A stretch of DNA of 34,692 nucleotides from Raoultibacter sp. Its GTDB lineage: Bacteria > Actinomycetota > Coriobacteriia > Coriobacteriales > Eggerthellaceae. The stretch is from assembly GCA_036638175.1 (NCBI GenBank), contig JAVWLC010000001.1, positions 1-34,692 on the forward strand, given 5' to 3'. Position numbers and translations under genes: made by a program. Under the pieces are notes generated by a model. That model saw only the letters and a list, made by a program, of their open reading frames with translations. It had not been told where the DNA came from and ran no database searches. Below are positions 26,082 to 34,692 of the stretch, one piece after another (the first letter of the stretch is position 1; every line of letters begins with the position of its first letter).

Positions 26082-29000
26082 AATCAAACACTCTAGCCTT
26101 TAACATTGACTTCGTAGAAGCCAATCCAGCATGGGCTGAGTTGTTCGAGATGATGGACGCGCATAACGACGAACATAACCTTGCAGTGATTAAACAACTG
26201 CTGGATATCCGTCGTATCAACGAAGACACGAATGACGTGCTGGCCGAAGAAGCTATTCGCCAGCTCGGCATCAACATCGCCCGTGATGTGATGGCGTATC
26301 GTCTGCCTTCGTTGAAGCGCGTCATAGATTGCTTGCCTGACTGGCAGCAAGTCTCTGGAACAACGCAGTGGAATAAGTTCGTGGGCATGTTGCTTGGTGG
26401 CCAGTTTGATACAAATCGTTTGTATACTGCTGACTATCAGACTTTCATCCCTACTCCTCTAGGTACGCTGATTCAAGATGGCGGCCAGTGGTATAAGACG
26501 AACAAGGTTAACCTTGAAGTAGATGCCTACCTGATTGATTCTGGCCTTGACCTGACGATCACTAAAGACGCAGAAAAGGATGTTGTTAATGCGCTGCAAG
26601 AAGTAGGCATGACACAGCAAGAAGCAGAAGACTGGTTCAATAACCACATCGGCTTCGACCCTGTGAATAACGACATTGAGCAACGCACGGCGCGGAGCGC
26701 GATGTTCCAACGACGCATCTCCGAACTGTTTTATCAATGGGCTCCAATCGAAGAAGTGTTAGAAGGTGTTTATGCTACTATCAACCTTGGTGCTAAACTC
26801 TTTCTCGGTGCTCATGTTGTTGTTGAGCACGTCCGTCGTTTTAACGTTGGTGCTCCATTGCAATCGTCTATTACGTTCCTCCAGCCCGAGTTTCTACGTG
26901 GTGGGGAATGGACTACATTCGGGGCTATCGTTAAGTACAGCGATAACACAGAAGAAACCGTAGAAGTGTATGTTGAGGACAACGTGTGGATTGAGGAGCG
27001 TGACAGCAATCGCGTTCGCTTCAAAGAGCCGCTTGCGATCAGTGTGCTGACTCTTACGTTGAACTACAACGGCACGAAACAACAGATGGAACTGCGCATC
27101 TTCCCAATAGGGATTGAGCCTGACCCCGATGAGCTAATGATTGAATGCCCTACGCTCTACGGTAACTCAAGTTCCAAGATTCGTGTCTATGGTAAATATT
27201 CCTCAGGCCTGACGAAAGAACTGACCGATAGCGGTATGTTGCGCTTCGATACATCACTCGGTGTGATTGATGGTACGACACTCATTCTGCCTAGCGTCGA
27301 GGCAGACACAACGCTTGATATCAGTGTGCTGTATCAGGGCCAGTTCTATATGAACAAAACCCAAGAGTTTAAAGTCAATCGCAGTGTGCATGACTTAGTT
27401 CCTATCTCATTGCGTATCATCCTTGAGGATGAATTACCTCAAGGCGTCGATACACCAATCAAGTATGCTGTCCAGTACAACGATGGCACATCTAAGTTGG
27501 GTATTGCACAGGCGCGTACAACTTCGGAACACACTGAGATTGTAGAGAACGTCTTGAAGTCTGGTATTATGCGTCAAGACTACATGACCTCAGTCTATGC
27601 CGAGTTTGGTGAAGTCACTCCCATTCAGGCAGTGAAGCAGGTAACGATGAAGGCGCCTGAGATTAATCTGGCTACTATCGATATCGTTCTGCCTGACCCA
27701 GTTGTCGAACGAACTACTGTTAGGCCTAAGGCTATGGCGCTGTTCGTGCTTGCCTCTGCTACACCACAACAGATTGCTGATCGTGATCCAGCAATCGTAG
27801 TCGCATACACAGAAGTATTCGGCAACTGGTTCAGTAGTCAGGACGGCCAGAATGGGATTGCAGCGCTGCCTAAAGTCGATCCAAAGTCCGGTGAGTTCCA
27901 AGCACCGCTTATCGATGGAGATGCCGTTAACTACTCGCTGCATTTCAACTACATTGACGGCAGCAACGCTGTAACGTTCAACCGTATCTTCCCTATTCAT
28001 GACACGATCATGATTCCGCGTTCGATTGACCTGCGTTCTTCACCTACTATCAATAGCGCATCGACTCTTATGTTGCCTACAGTGTGTTTGTGGAATAACG
28101 GTCAAACGTATGCGGCAGCGGCTACGGTTAAAGTGGAATACATGCCGTCTGCGTCTGCTGTAGAAGAAGCTCGCCAGCGTACAATTCGATTGCAGCAACA
28201 AGCGATTGAACAGGGGCAGGACCCGACGCAGTTCGATCCCAATAAGCCTGACTATGCTCGTTGGGTAACGCTGAACGTAAGTCAATCGCCAAATGACGTA
28301 TACGACCCAATCATGGGACGTAAGTTCAAAGAATACGTGCTGTACTTCCAGGGTGACCTGCATGGCTCTGCGCGTATCACGATGGACTATGAGTTCGATG
28401 GCACTAAGTTGACCAACTATCGTGACCTACAACTTATCCCTGCACGTTCGCTGGTGGACAGTATTACTATCGAATGTCCAGACCATATGTATGATCGTTC
28501 GCGCACGTTCGTTCGACTGCTTGCAACATACGTTGATGGCACTCAAGAATATGTGACGGCTGCTGAGTGGAAGGGCAACTGGCCAGACAAAGACACGGAT
28601 GACTATCAAGTTCTCCAGTTTTCACCTGGTCGCTACAACGGTACGTCTATTGTTGAGATTATCGAAGGCCGCCCTCCTACAAGCTATAAAGACTTCCGTG
28701 ATATGGCTATATCTAAACTGCCGATGTTCAATCAGATTGGTAGCTTAGTAGATCTGGAGAAGGCGTATTATGATGGCGCTATTCTGCAAACAGGCAAATG
28801 CAACACCGTGACGTATACTCAGGTGCTTGCATCGTTCTTCCGTGTGAGTAACAAGATCGATATGGTCATTACACCACAGCCTAAGCAAAGCGTTAACAAC
28901 ATCATTAACAGTCGTATCGAAGGCGCTACGCAGATTTCTGCTGGTGTGCTATCCGAGTCCTACACTCTGGTCAACACGTACAAGATGGGAGGCGTTGCTC

Positions 29001-30604
29001 GTACACTGGATGGTTCTTACATTCAGGAAGAAGGCAGAACGTTTGAGCTTGAGGTTGATTCTGAATGGGCAGTAGTCCAGAACTACTACACTGAGGAAGG
29101 CCCTAACAATACGCAGATGCTTGTGCCTACGTCTGATATTGTTGCTGAGATAGATGCTGATGGTACGCTGACTCCTGCCCAAAACGTTAACGGTGCTGTC
29201 CAGATTCGTGCGCGTTATACGTGTGACCAGTATCAGATCGAGAAGACGCTGATTGTGTTCCTGACACAGGCAAATACTTATCTGCGTTCAATCGGTATCA
29301 CTGGCCCAGATGTTGTGTGGGATGTGTCTGACAGAAACCCAACTATCGGTTATGAGAACGGTCGTTGGTATGTGCCTTATGAGTTGCGTGTTATTATCGA
29401 CCCTGACTCTGAGCTTGTTACTACCGATGCTCTGTGGTCAATAGGAGATGAAACAAACGTTGATGGAGTTTCCATTGACCCTCTGAATGGTCATCTATTC
29501 ATTGGTCAGTCTCAATTGTCTGACGGGCATATTGGTCTTCGTGCTGTATTTACCAAGCAGAACCCAGCAAGCCTTGCAGATGAGACTATCGTAGGCACAC
29601 GCACTATTGAACTCCAGACGCAGAACACGATTCTTAATGGCTATATCGAAAACCCTAAAGGCAATATTTCGCCTAATACTGACTACAGATTCGTTGCTTA
29701 CTATGAACGGCGTAGCGGTCAGTCTGGTTCGAGTATTCTGCCTGATGCTAACTCGGTTAAGTTCAAATGGAACGTGATCAAGTCTGTTAGTGGCTTTGCC
29801 TTGTCGCAAGATGGTACCTTCCGCTTCCCGGCATCGAAAGACCCGCAGACGGTTCAAGTGGAATGTATTATCACTGAGCAGCGCACGGAGATTAGTCTTG
29901 TTCAAGAGATTACTTGTCCAGGCATTGGATTCCCGCAAGACCTAACAGTCGGCGGTTACACCAACGTCCGTGATGATAGCTCTATGCAGATGAACGCGCT
30001 TCTTGGTCGTACAGGTACATTCGCTAAGGAAGACGTGAGTGCAAAATGTTTGTGGCAGATTACAAACAGTAAAGGTGACGTTGTTGATGTGCAGGGCATT
30101 AGCATTAACGCGCAGACAGGTAGACTAACACTCGGCAACTTGCTGAATGATACCGAGTTTGGTGTTAAGGCGCTCTACATTGAAGGGCAGCAACGCCTTG
30201 AACAAACGCACTTCATGAAAGCCTTCTCGTCTTACCCTCGCTTCGGCGTTGCACCATTCGGTCTGACTACTATCAGCATCGCTATGGCTCAACTACCTAC
30301 GCGTCTTCGTTCGAACAACGGTGGTACGTTCGTGCTATCTACCAAGAACGATGAGTACGGTTATTTTGTTGTGCGTCAGTCGTATGGGCAAGCTGTATTT
30401 AGTGCGGCTGCTGATGGACAGGGTAACGTCAACAAAGGCTGGCTTGGCTTCGATGGCGCTCAATGGCCTGTTACAGGAGACAACGGTAAGAGAGGTCCGA
30501 TTGTAGGTAAGATGGTGTATGATAACCTGACAGAAAACGTCTTGATTTATCGCACTAACGCTCGTGCATTTGGCTCCGCTGTGCTTACGGTTCGATACCA
30601 ATAA
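26078..30604 (+). CDS. Large baseplate wedge protein (gp7/P2 gpI-like N-terminus) with Ig-like repeats
   Basis: 1508 aa, GTG start overlapping upstream stop; repeated I.GP..V...W....G.SI....G.L Ig-like units. Confidence 0.65.
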   Translation: MKSNTLAFNIDFVEANPAWAELFEMMDAHNDEHNLAVIKQLLDIRRINEDTNDVLAEEAIRQLGINIARDVMAYRLPSLKRVIDCLPDWQQVSGTTQWNKFVGMLLGGQFDTNRLYTADYQTFIPTPLGTLIQDGGQWYKTNKVNLEVDAYLIDSGLDLTITKDAEKDVVNALQEVGMTQQEAEDWFNNHIGFDPVNNDIEQRTARSAMFQRRISELFYQWAPIEEVLEGVYATINLGAKLFLGAHVVVEHVRRFNVGAPLQSSITFLQPEFLRGGEWTTFGAIVKYSDNTEETVEVYVEDNVWIEERDSNRVRFKEPLAISVLTLTLNYNGTKQQMELRIFPIGIEPDPDELMIECPTLYGNSSSKIRVYGKYSSGLTKELTDSGMLRFDTSLGVIDGTTLILPSVEADTTLDISVLYQGQFYMNKTQEFKVNRSVHDLVPISLRIILEDELPQGVDTPIKYAVQYNDGTSKLGIAQARTTSEHTEIVENVLKSGIMRQDYMTSVYAEFGEVTPIQAVKQVTMKAPEINLATIDIVLPDPVVERTTVRPKAMALFVLASATPQQIADRDPAIVVAYTEVFGNWFSSQDGQNGIAALPKVDPKSGEFQAPLIDGDAVNYSLHFNYIDGSNAVTFNRIFPIHDTIMIPRSIDLRSSPTINSASTLMLPTVCLWNNGQTYAAAATVKVEYMPSASAVEEARQRTIRLQQQAIEQGQDPTQFDPNKPDYARWVTLNVSQSPNDVYDPIMGRKFKEYVLYFQGDLHGSARITMDYEFDGTKLTNYRDLQLIPARSLVDSITIECPDHMYDRSRTFVRLLATYVDGTQEYVTAAEWKGNWPDKDTDDYQVLQFSPGRYNGTSIVEIIEGRPPTSYKDFRDMAISKLPMFNQIGSLVDLEKAYYDGAILQTGKCNTVTYTQVLASFFRVSNKIDMVITPQPKQSVNNIINSRIEGATQISAGVLSESYTLVNTYKMGGVARTLDGSYIQEEGRTFELEVDSEWAVVQNYYTEEGPNNTQMLVPTSDIVAEIDADGTLTPAQNVNGAVQIRARYTCDQYQIEKTLIVFLTQANTYLRSIGITGPDVVWDVSDRNPTIGYENGRWYVPYELRVIIDPDSELVTTDALWSIGDETNVDGVSIDPLNGHLFIGQSQLSDGHIGLRAVFTKQNPASLADETIVGTRTIELQTQNTILNGYIENPKGNISPNTDYRFVAYYERRSGQSGSSILPDANSVKFKWNVIKSVSGFALSQDGTFRFPASKDPQTVQVECIITEQRTEISLVQEITCPGIGFPQDLTVGGYTNVRDDSSMQMNALLGRTGTFAKEDVSAKCLWQITNSKGDVVDVQGISINAQTGRLTLGNLLNDTEFGVKALYIEGQQRLEQTHFMKAFSSYPRFGVAPFGLTTISIAMAQLPTRLRSNNGGTFVLSTKNDEYGYFVVRQSYGQAVFSAAADGQGNVNKGWLGFDGAQWPVTGDNGKRGPIVGKMVYDNLTENVLIYRTNARAFGSAVLTVRYQ

Positions 30605-30610
30605 AATAAA

Positions 30611-30646
30611 GGGAGTCTGGGGCGCTATGTTCCTGGCTCCCTTTTT
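30611..30646 (+). terminator. Rho-independent terminator
   Basis: GGGAGTC...GGCTCCC stem then TTTTT. Confidence 0.75.
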
Positions 30647-30653
30647 CATTTAT

Positions 30654-30661
30654 CGTAATTT
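30654..30661 (+). promoter_or_regulatory. Candidate late promoter variant CGTAATTT
   Basis: After terminator; TAATTT begins 35 nt before ATG 30691. Confidence 0.45.
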
Positions 30662-30690
30662 AGTACAGTTAAATCCCAAGGAGTTCTTTG

Positions 30691-33018
30691 ATGGCCACTG
30701 AATCTATCTACGTTAACGCACTGCGTTTAACGCCTCAGGGAGAACAGGCCGTTGCGAACGCGAACGCTGGTGGGTTGGCTATTCAACCTGTAGCGTTCAA
30801 AGCAGGTGACTTCATTGGCTCTAACCCGTCTGAGGTTCCAGAGCAGTTACTTGGCAACGAGCTTGCGTCGGGCGCATTGTCATATGTTCAGGTACTTACC
30901 GAGAACAGTGCCCGCTTCATCTTTGATATTCAAGTCAAATACGTCGCAGGCGAAGCGCTGAAACGTGTTGGTGAAATACTGATTATGCTCTCTGACAATA
31001 GGCCGTTTGGTCATGTTGTTCTGCAAGAGCCAATCATTGCCGTACCCAACTCTATCAGTCGCGTGAGTTTGCTCGTACATATCCAGCAGGACATCCAAAA
31101 GATTCTTGCTGTTAAGATGGCGGACTACACATCAATCCCGAGTGTTGCTACTCTGGAAAATCTGCCTAGTCTTAAAGACAACGTGTTCAATGCTGTGTCA
31201 GTTCTCGACCTGCATGTTAACTCTGATGGTTCTCGCTCACCTGGTGCTGCGTATCGTTATGGGGCTGGCTCATACTATTGGGCGTTCAGCGAACATGACC
31301 GTATCTATAGCGGCACTATTGGTAGTGGCTTCATCAACGCGAACACGTTTAAAATCAATTCTCTCACTGGTATGAAAGAAGGTGAGATTGTCCTTGTACA
31401 AACAGTAGCTGGGCCTGGTGCTGGCGCGTGTCGTCATTTCAAATACACCGGCGGACAGTTCGTTAACATGGACAGTCCAATCGCATTTATCAGTGCGCAG
31501 ACAAACATCGCTATCTGGCGTCGTATCACTAACCCGACTACACCGAGCGTTGGTCTGCCGTGGCCTGTTGATAACGATGTGCCTGATACGTGGGCGTTAA
31601 TGCGCGGCAAAGACAATAAACCTTATTGGGGCCCTGTCAATAGCCAGCGTCAAACGACTGCGAGCCTGTTCGTTCCACCGGGCAAGATGCTTTTCAGTTC
31701 TGTTGTGACTACTGCAACTCCTGATAAGCTACGCTATCAACTGACCGAGATTTTGGATAGCTCTACCGACTTGTTCGTTGGTACGTCGAGCGTTCTCCAG
31801 CCTCGTACAGCGTATTCAGTTCAGGAAGATCAGCTCCTGCTTTCATCTTATCCTGAACAGCAGATGACGCTTGACCTGAGACAGTTCCGTATCGAGCCAT
31901 CTCAAGGCCACGTTGTTCTGTTTGAAACGTATGACGGTGTTGGTGACGGACAGACTACTCAATACACTTTGGGTAATCGTCCTGTAGAAAGCGCCGACAT
32001 GGTATTCTGTGTCGTAGGAAACACTTGGCAGCCTAGTACGGTCTATAAGATCAGTAACGGCAACAAGTTGCAGATGACGCAGCCCATTCCGTCTGGTCAG
32101 AAATACACTTTCTATGTTGCTCGCTATGAAGAACGTGCTGGGTGGTCTACTCGTCTGCGTGTTAGTCAGTATCGAATGCCTTATGATGCTGATACATTTA
32201 TTCTGCCGACTAGCCCACTGAATAAAGCGCACTGCGTTGTCGCTGTTGGTGGCTTGGCAGTCCACACGTCAGACTTCACGGTTGCTGGTAACTCGTTAAA
32301 AACAACATCGCCTATTCCGCACGATACGCTTGTCGAAGTAACAGTATTTGAGAATATCAAAGCTGTAGGTTCGAAAGACAGTTCTGTTGACGGTGTTATC
32401 ATCGACGTTATTCCTACGCCGAAGGGTTACATGTTCAAGCGTCAAGGGCTTGCTCCGATTGAAGTACCTATCGCCACACCTGAGATTGTTAGTGGTGAAG
32501 GTATTGTGATTGAAGGGCAGTGGCCTGAGATTAAGATCAGCAATACTCAGGCACTAGCCGAAGAAGCTGACCCGAAGAACATGTTCAACATCCAGCAGAC
32601 TCAAGTTGACTCGGAAGAAGTTGTTATCCAGCAGCGTATTGAGTTCAGCAAGGCTGTTATGCTTACGTGTACAGCAGACTTTCAGTGCCAGCTTGGTCCT
32701 GGATTTGCGTCCACCAGCGGTAAAGAACATATCGAATATGTTCTGTCGTTTAAAGGCCCTGGTGTAAGCGAAGCTGAATATGGACGTGGGCTTAAAGGCA
32801 CAGGCGCAGCGGGTTTCAACGTGGTACAATCGGACAACGCTCCAGAGATTATCGCGTACTCGAACGTTAGCCTGACGCAGATGTTTGTTGTGCTGAAAGA
32901 GAACCAGCCTCAGGGATATATCGATATCGTTGCTAAGGTGCGTATCACCGATGCGCAGATCACTAGCTACGGATCGAAGCTGATTGGTAACTTGTGCATT
33001 AAGGTCGAACCGAAATGA
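30691..33018 (+). CDS. Tail collar / fibre-attachment protein with internal beta repeats
   Basis: 775 aa; N-terminal LTPQG...FKAGD collar-type motif; three GDGQTTQYTL...LQP..Y-type repeats; AAGGAG RBS. Confidence 0.65.
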   Translation: MATESIYVNALRLTPQGEQAVANANAGGLAIQPVAFKAGDFIGSNPSEVPEQLLGNELASGALSYVQVLTENSARFIFDIQVKYVAGEALKRVGEILIMLSDNRPFGHVVLQEPIIAVPNSISRVSLLVHIQQDIQKILAVKMADYTSIPSVATLENLPSLKDNVFNAVSVLDLHVNSDGSRSPGAAYRYGAGSYYWAFSEHDRIYSGTIGSGFINANTFKINSLTGMKEGEIVLVQTVAGPGAGACRHFKYTGGQFVNMDSPIAFISAQTNIAIWRRITNPTTPSVGLPWPVDNDVPDTWALMRGKDNKPYWGPVNSQRQTTASLFVPPGKMLFSSVVTTATPDKLRYQLTEILDSSTDLFVGTSSVLQPRTAYSVQEDQLLLSSYPEQQMTLDLRQFRIEPSQGHVVLFETYDGVGDGQTTQYTLGNRPVESADMVFCVVGNTWQPSTVYKISNGNKLQMTQPIPSGQKYTFYVARYEERAGWSTRLRVSQYRMPYDADTFILPTSPLNKAHCVVAVGGLAVHTSDFTVAGNSLKTTSPIPHDTLVEVTVFENIKAVGSKDSSVDGVIIDVIPTPKGYMFKRQGLAPIEVPIATPEIVSGEGIVIEGQWPEIKISNTQALAEEADPKNMFNIQQTQVDSEEVVIQQRIEFSKAVMLTCTADFQCQLGPGFASTSGKEHIEYVLSFKGPGVSEAEYGRGLKGTGAAGFNVVQSDNAPEIIAYSNVSLTQMFVVLKENQPQGYIDIVAKVRITDAQITSYGSKLIGNLCIKVEPK

Positions 33019-34451
33019 CTCAGCTAAGACTCTCGCAAATCGAAACAACGCCTAACGATGAAGGTAAATCCGCGATAGGCGTTGACGGTGCTTTGGTATT
33101 TGAAAACACCGATGTGTTGACAACAACACAAATCGCAAGCGTGAAGTTTGACAGCAAAAACGGTGTACTGGTATTCGTTAAGCAGAATGGGAAAGTAGTT
33201 AACGTTCCCGGACTGCCGACTATCTCAATGTTTGGTGAAGGAAGACCTGGGCGTCGAGGCGCTCCAGGTGCTCCTGGTAGACCTGGACGTGATGGTCGTG
33301 ATGGTGAGACAGGTAAGCAAGGGTGTGAAGGACTTCCCGGTGCTAAGGGTCAGACTGGTAAAGCAGGTGACCCTGGGCGCGATGGTGATACTGGTCCTCA
33401 AGGTGATACCGGCCCAATCGGTCCAGTAGGTCCTACGGGTCCAATCGGTCCTGATGGTCCTCAAGGTATCATCGGCCCACGCGGTAATGACGGCCCAAGT
33501 TGCGTTGCTGGTGCTACAGGCCCAACAGGCCCAGCGCCTATTCCAACTGCTGTATTGTCGTCTACACAGCCCACTGCCAGCAACGTGTTCGTCTGGTTAT
33601 TTCCGACAAATAACGTGACTCCTGCTCCACCTCTGCCTGTGCTTACACCTCTCGCTGCATCTGTATCTAACTTGTACATGGTTGGTACTCGTGCAGTTCA
33701 GGGTTCTGACGTGTTCACATCGCTTGCTTATCTGCCTGTGAATGCTCGTGGTGGTGTCGGTCCGTATAAGTACAAATGGACTATCACTACCACAGAAGGC
33801 GTAACCCTTGATGCTGTCGAAACTTCGACGTGTATCGTTAACTTCTACTTACGTTTAGGCTTAGGTGCTGACCGTATCATCAAAGGCACCATTAGCTGCG
33901 TAGTCACTGATATGGGACAGACGTCGCGTCCGACTGTCACTGTCAAATCGCAGTTGACTGTTGTAGCACGTAACCCAACCAACAAACAAACGTCAGGCTG
34001 TATTGTTTACGGCTCTACCGTTGATACTCTCATGGGACCTGTTGCTGTCGAGAAACTTCAAGAGTGTGACTGCATTCTTGGCTACTCGAATCAGCCTAAA
34101 GACTTCCGTAAATGGTCAAGCCCTTCTATTAAAGGCAAGCCTGTATATGCTACAGTTCGTGCAGTACGTCATGGACAGGAAGATCATTACTATGTGATCA
34201 ACGGACAGAAGCTGACGCATGAGCATCCTGTGCTCATCTACGATACGGACTGGCGATACGTACCAGCGCGTGACGTGCAATCAGGACAAACAGTTCTTGG
34301 GCGAAAAGGCCCGATTGTCGTTTCTGAGTGCTATCGAGTCGATGCGCAGGTGAATACCGTTGATATTGATGTTGAACCGTATGACACTTACTTCGTGGGT
34401 GACGTGCTGGTGCATAACACTGATATCGTTGCACGTGCGGAGAAGAACTAA
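33015..34451 (+). CDS. Collagen-like fibre protein with C-terminal Hint (intein-like) domain
   Basis: 478 aa; 29 contiguous Gly-X-Y triplets; C329 ... T401xxH404 ... H467-N468-T469. Confidence 0.85.
   Translation: MTQLRLSQIETTPNDEGKSAIGVDGALVFENTDVLTTTQIASVKFDSKNGVLVFVKQNGKVVNVPGLPTISMFGEGRPGRRGAPGAPGRPGRDGRDGETGKQGCEGLPGAKGQTGKAGDPGRDGDTGPQGDTGPIGPVGPTGPIGPDGPQGIIGPRGNDGPSCVAGATGPTGPAPIPTAVLSSTQPTASNVFVWLFPTNNVTPAPPLPVLTPLAASVSNLYMVGTRAVQGSDVFTSLAYLPVNARGGVGPYKYKWTITTTEGVTLDAVETSTCIVNFYLRLGLGADRIIKGTISCVVTDMGQTSRPTVTVKSQLTVVARNPTNKQTSGCIVYGSTVDTLMGPVAVEKLQECDCILGYSNQPKDFRKWSSPSIKGKPVYATVRAVRHGQEDHYYVINGQKLTHEHPVLIYDTDWRYVPARDVQSGQTVLGRKGPIVVSECYRVDAQVNTVDIDVEPYDTYFVGDVLVHNTDIVARAEKN
33240..33536 (+). 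repeat. Collagen Gly-X-Y repeat coding region
   Basis: GGN at every third codon: 29 triplets, one CVA interruption, then 3 more. Confidence 0.9.
33999..34418 (+). other. Hint/mini-intein-like domain (140 aa, no endonuclease)
   Basis: Block A CIVYGSTVDT, block B LTHEHPV, block F VDIDVEPYDTYFVG, block G VLVHN followed by T. Confidence 0.85.
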
Positions 34452-34692
34452 TGCCATTAATCAAAGTTAGTACAGGTATGATTAAGGCGGGTACTACCTC
34501 GACGCCAACTCCTGTGCGAGCATCTGGCGGTACGCTGGTAACTAATCCTGCTGAGGAGAACGTACCGTCAGAACTCACTTCTGATACATCGTTTGACGCT
34601 ACTGCCGGTGTGCTTACACTTCGCTTTGCTAACGGTCAGTCAGTACAAGTAAGGGGCTTCCCTACTGCGTCTGATATACCTGAGGGCAGACA
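34451..34692 (+). CDS. Partial second fibre protein, N-terminus paralogous to 33015..34451 (truncated by window end)
   Basis: Not in ORF track; TAATG overlap; open to window end: MPLIKVSTGMI...FDATAGVLTLRFANGQSVQVRGFPTASDIPEGR vs FDSKNGVLVFVKQNGKVVNVPGLPTISMFGEGR. Confidence 0.8.
   Translation, partial: MPLIKVSTGMIKAGTTSTPTPVRASGGTLVTNPAEENVPSELTSDTSFDATAGVLTLRFANGQSVQVRGFPTASDIPEGR

Noticed and set aside
33999-34418. Mobile homing intein
   Set aside because: Only 140 aa with no LAGLIDADG/HNH endonuclease, and positioned at the extreme C-terminus with a 10-aa tail; fits a BIL/Hint module better.

Overview
This window is part of the virion-morphogenesis region of a large (jumbo-type) contractile-tailed phage (myovirus); every supported gene is on the + strand. 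Order: acidic Zn-ribbon scaffold-like protein, head decoration protein, major capsid protein, neck/tail-completion candidates, tail sheath, tail tube, a tube paralog, two tail chaperones, a tape-measure-like protein with a VgrG3-type muramidase, and baseplate hub and spike. An inserted block follows (putative Cys-His-Asp enzyme, NUDIX, MmcB-like nuclease, dTMP kinase, probable internal head protein), then a ~0.75-kb densely structured non-coding segment with a 47-aa hydrophobic ORF. The window ends with PAAR, gp25-like, baseplate J/gp6-like, a 1508-aa wedge/Ig-repeat protein, a collar/fibre protein and collagen-like fibre genes. From memory (not checked by search), the layout resembles the 'hairy' jumbo myoviruses of the Erwinia Y3 / Dickeya JA11-AD1 / PaBG-Lu11 group. 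Best leads: (1) a collagen-like fibre ending in a complete endonuclease-free Hint (intein-like) domain, C...TxxH...HN-T; (2) a large + strand structured RNA candidate (22840-23585) with repeated hairpin modules and an anti-SD motif next to a small membrane peptide; (3) a recurrent S-x-S motif that may mark prohead-protease substrates; (4) a (GC)TAATTT candidate late promoter. All product calls are from motif reading and gene order, without database searches.
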